Shown here in pieces: positions 17,911 to 20,000 of a DNA stretch of 20,000 nt; position 1 is the first letter of the stretch; each line of letters begins with the position of its first letter. The notes under the pieces were generated by a model, which saw nothing but the letters and a program-made list of their open reading frames with translations, did no database searches and had not been told where the DNA came from. This stretch comes from Pachysolen tannophilus NRRL Y-2460. Taxonomy: Eukaryota. The stretch lies in assembly GCA_001661245.1 (NCBI GenBank), contig KV454013.1, positions 1,731,654 through 1,751,653 on the forward strand, given 5' to 3'. The translations under genes were made by a program, and so were the position numbers.

Positions 17911-19440
17911 ATGATGACTAGTGACAAAGAAATCTTATCTACTATTCCAGATAGTCATGTTGAATCAACAGACACTGAGAAAGAAAGTGTTTCAAAAGGT
18001 GCATATATCGATATAAGTATTGAAGAGGTCTCAAAAGAAGAGAATGCTGATTTGGAATCTTTGAGCTCCATTGATAACAATAAGTGGTACAATAAGAGTA
18101 AGACCATATTTGGTTATAAGTTACTACCTTATTCACAAGGTCGAAGTCAAATATTGATGGTTTCCTTTGTTGTCTTTATGATTGTAGGTATGTCTTCCGC
18201 AATTGGTGGTTTAGGAGCTGGAGGTACATTAAATGCAACTGTTGTGAACAATTCAAATGTGGCAGTTTATACTGCTTTTGCATTTTTAGCGTTCTTTTGT
18301 GGGCCAATTTGTAACAAAATTGGAGTAAGAGCTACTTTGTGCTTTGGAGGTTGGGGTTATGCGTTATACTATGGTTCTTTACTTTGTTATAATAAAACTG
18401 GTAATGGTACTTTTGTAATTGCCTCAGGAGCTATAGAAGGTCTTTGTGCTGCATTTTTATGGACTGCACAAGGTAATATTATGCTCAGTTACTCAGAGGA
18501 AGAAAATAAAGGGAAGAACATTGCAAGATTCTGGGCGATCTTCCAGATGGGAAATGTTATTGGTTCTTTGGTTCCTTTGATTCAAACAATTCATTCCACA
18601 AGTGAAACACTAGCTGATAGTACTTACATTGCTTTTATAGTAATTATATCTACGGGTGCAATTATGGCTACCATGTTATTACCAACAAGACTCGTTCGGA
18701 AGGCGGACGGAACGAGAGTCATTTTAAAGAAAAATCCAACTTGGAAATCAGAGATGAAAGCTCTATGGACAGTTTTAAAACTCCAACCGTGGTTCATTGG
18801 AATGTTTCCTATGTTTTGGTCGAGTAATTGGTTTATGACTTACGAGTCTAATGATTACAACTTAGTCCAATTTAATCTTAGAACGAGATCACTCAATAAC
18901 CTAATGTTTGCTATTTTTGAAGTACTAGGTGCATTCAGCGCAGGATATTTGCTTGATTCAAGATTTTGTTCTAGAAAAACAATGGCCAGAATTGGGTGGG
19001 GTCTATTAATGGGTTTTACATTAATTATATGGGGTGGTGGCTTAAAGTCACAACTTAGATATACTAGACAAACCGTTGATGATGATGAGCTTAGTCTATT
19101 AGACTGGACGAGTTCTGGATATGGGGCATATTTAGTACTATATATGCTATATGGAGCATTTGATGCTTGGTGGCAGACATATTCTTACTGGGTGATGGGT
19201 TCCTTGACCAATTCTTCGAGAAAGTTGGCCATTTATACAGGTTTTTACAAGAGCATCCAATCAGCTGGGGCAGCAGTAGTTTGGAGATTAGATGCATTGG
19301 ATACGCCCTACATGGCCATGTTTGGGTCAACCTGGGGATTATTATTGGGATCATTGCTTATTGCTTCCCCTGTTATTTATTCTCGAATTTTAGAAGAAAC
19401 TGATCCAGATGATGACATAAAATTTACAGAGAATGACTGA
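17911..19440 (+). CDS. UNC93-like (DUF895) major facilitator superfamily transporter, 509 aa
   Basis: Acidic N-terminal tail then about 12 hydrophobic segments; family-like motifs GMSSAIGGLGAGG, AAFLWTAQG, FWAIFQMG, FWSSNWFMTY, RTRSLNNL, GFYKSIQSAGAAVVW. Tandem ATGs at 17911 and 17914. Confidence 0.88.
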   Translation: MMTSDKEILSTIPDSHVESTDTEKESVSKGAYIDISIEEVSKEENADLESLSSIDNNKWYNKSKTIFGYKLLPYSQGRSQILMVSFVVFMIVGMSSAIGGLGAGGTLNATVVNNSNVAVYTAFAFLAFFCGPICNKIGVRATLCFGGWGYALYYGSLLCYNKTGNGTFVIASGAIEGLCAAFLWTAQGNIMLSYSEEENKGKNIARFWAIFQMGNVIGSLVPLIQTIHSTSETLADSTYIAFIVIISTGAIMATMLLPTRLVRKADGTRVILKKNPTWKSEMKALWTVLKLQPWFIGMFPMFWSSNWFMTYESNDYNLVQFNLRTRSLNNLMFAIFEVLGAFSAGYLLDSRFCSRKTMARIGWGLLMGFTLIIWGGGLKSQLRYTRQTVDDDELSLLDWTSSGYGAYLVLYMLYGAFDAWWQTYSYWVMGSLTNSSRKLAIYTGFYKSIQSAGAAVVWRLDALDTPYMAMFGSTWGLLLGSLLIASPVIYSRILEETDPDDDIKFTEND

Positions 19441-19728
19441 AAATCGACAGTTTTGCTAATATTTTTTTTTAACTCTAACTACTTCTCAAATTTTAGAGAT
19501 GATAATACATACTATATTTGTATTACCCCTTTTTGTTGTTATTACTTTAAATATATAATTTATCAAAGTATTATTTGTGTACGTAAAATCTCAAGTAAAT
19601 AAAATTAATATAAAGTAGATAAGAAGAAGATTGAATAAAATAGATGTTGAGTTTATTTAAGTAATGGAAATTGACAGTAATTTCTAGACAGATGTGAATG
19701 TCCGCAAATGTTGAAATGAAGAAACTGG

Positions 19729-20000
19729 TGGTGTGAGAGGTGTGAGAGGTGTGAGAGTGGTGTGAGTGGTGTGAGTGGTGTGAGTGGTGTGAGTGGTGTG
19801 AGTGGTGTGAGTGGTGTGAGTGGTGTGAGTGGTGTGAGTGGTGTGAGTGGTGTGAGTGGTGTGAGTGGTGTGAGTGGTGTGAGTGGTGTGAGTGGTGTGA
19901 GTGGTGTGAGTGGTGTGAGTGGTGTGAGTGGTGTGAGTGGTGTGAGTGGTGTGAGTGGTGTGAGTGGTGTGAGTGGTGTGAGTGGTGTGAGTGGTGTGAG
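19729..20000 (+). repeat. Telomeric repeat array, 9-bp unit TGGTGTGAG
   Basis: 27 perfect units from 19758 to 20000, preceded by TGGTGTGAG, two AGGTGTGAG and an extra AG. The G-rich strand runs 5'->3' toward the sequence end, as expected for a right telomere. Confidence 0.95.

Noticed and set aside
17942..19403. Short ORFs 17942-18136, 19091-19354 and 19167-19403
   Set aside because: Nested within the transporter CDS, with no independent support.
19729..20000. CRISPR array or coding minisatellite
   Set aside because: No spacers, eukaryotic context, and terminal position with G-strand polarity all indicate a telomere.

Overview
This is the right-hand end of a chromosome from an AT-rich budding yeast (Saccharomycotina). 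It has 11 protein-coding genes in this order: EGH1-like GH5 steryl-glucosidase (+), INO1 (+), POM34-like (-), MEU1 (-), a YPL162C/STIMATE-family membrane protein (-), an intron-containing COX17 missed by the ORF track (+), xylose/aldose reductase XYL1/GRE3 (+), then after a 555-N gap NIT3 (+), a nitronate monooxygenase (+), a Gfo/Idh/MocA (YteT/StrI-like) oxidoreductase (+) and a UNC93-like MFS transporter (+). A telomere of 9-bp TGGTGTGAG repeats begins 288 bp after the last stop codon. The best candidate for an undescribed system is the terminal NMO-oxidoreductase-transporter trio, whose promoters carry GATA, Mig1-type and UAS-INO motifs, suggesting a nutrient-scavenging module for an unknown substrate. 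Other points of interest are the telomere unit and its variants, an internal duplicated telomere-like motif, and scarce CTG codons (possible CUG reassignment). Family assignments come from recognised motifs and recall; no searches were run.
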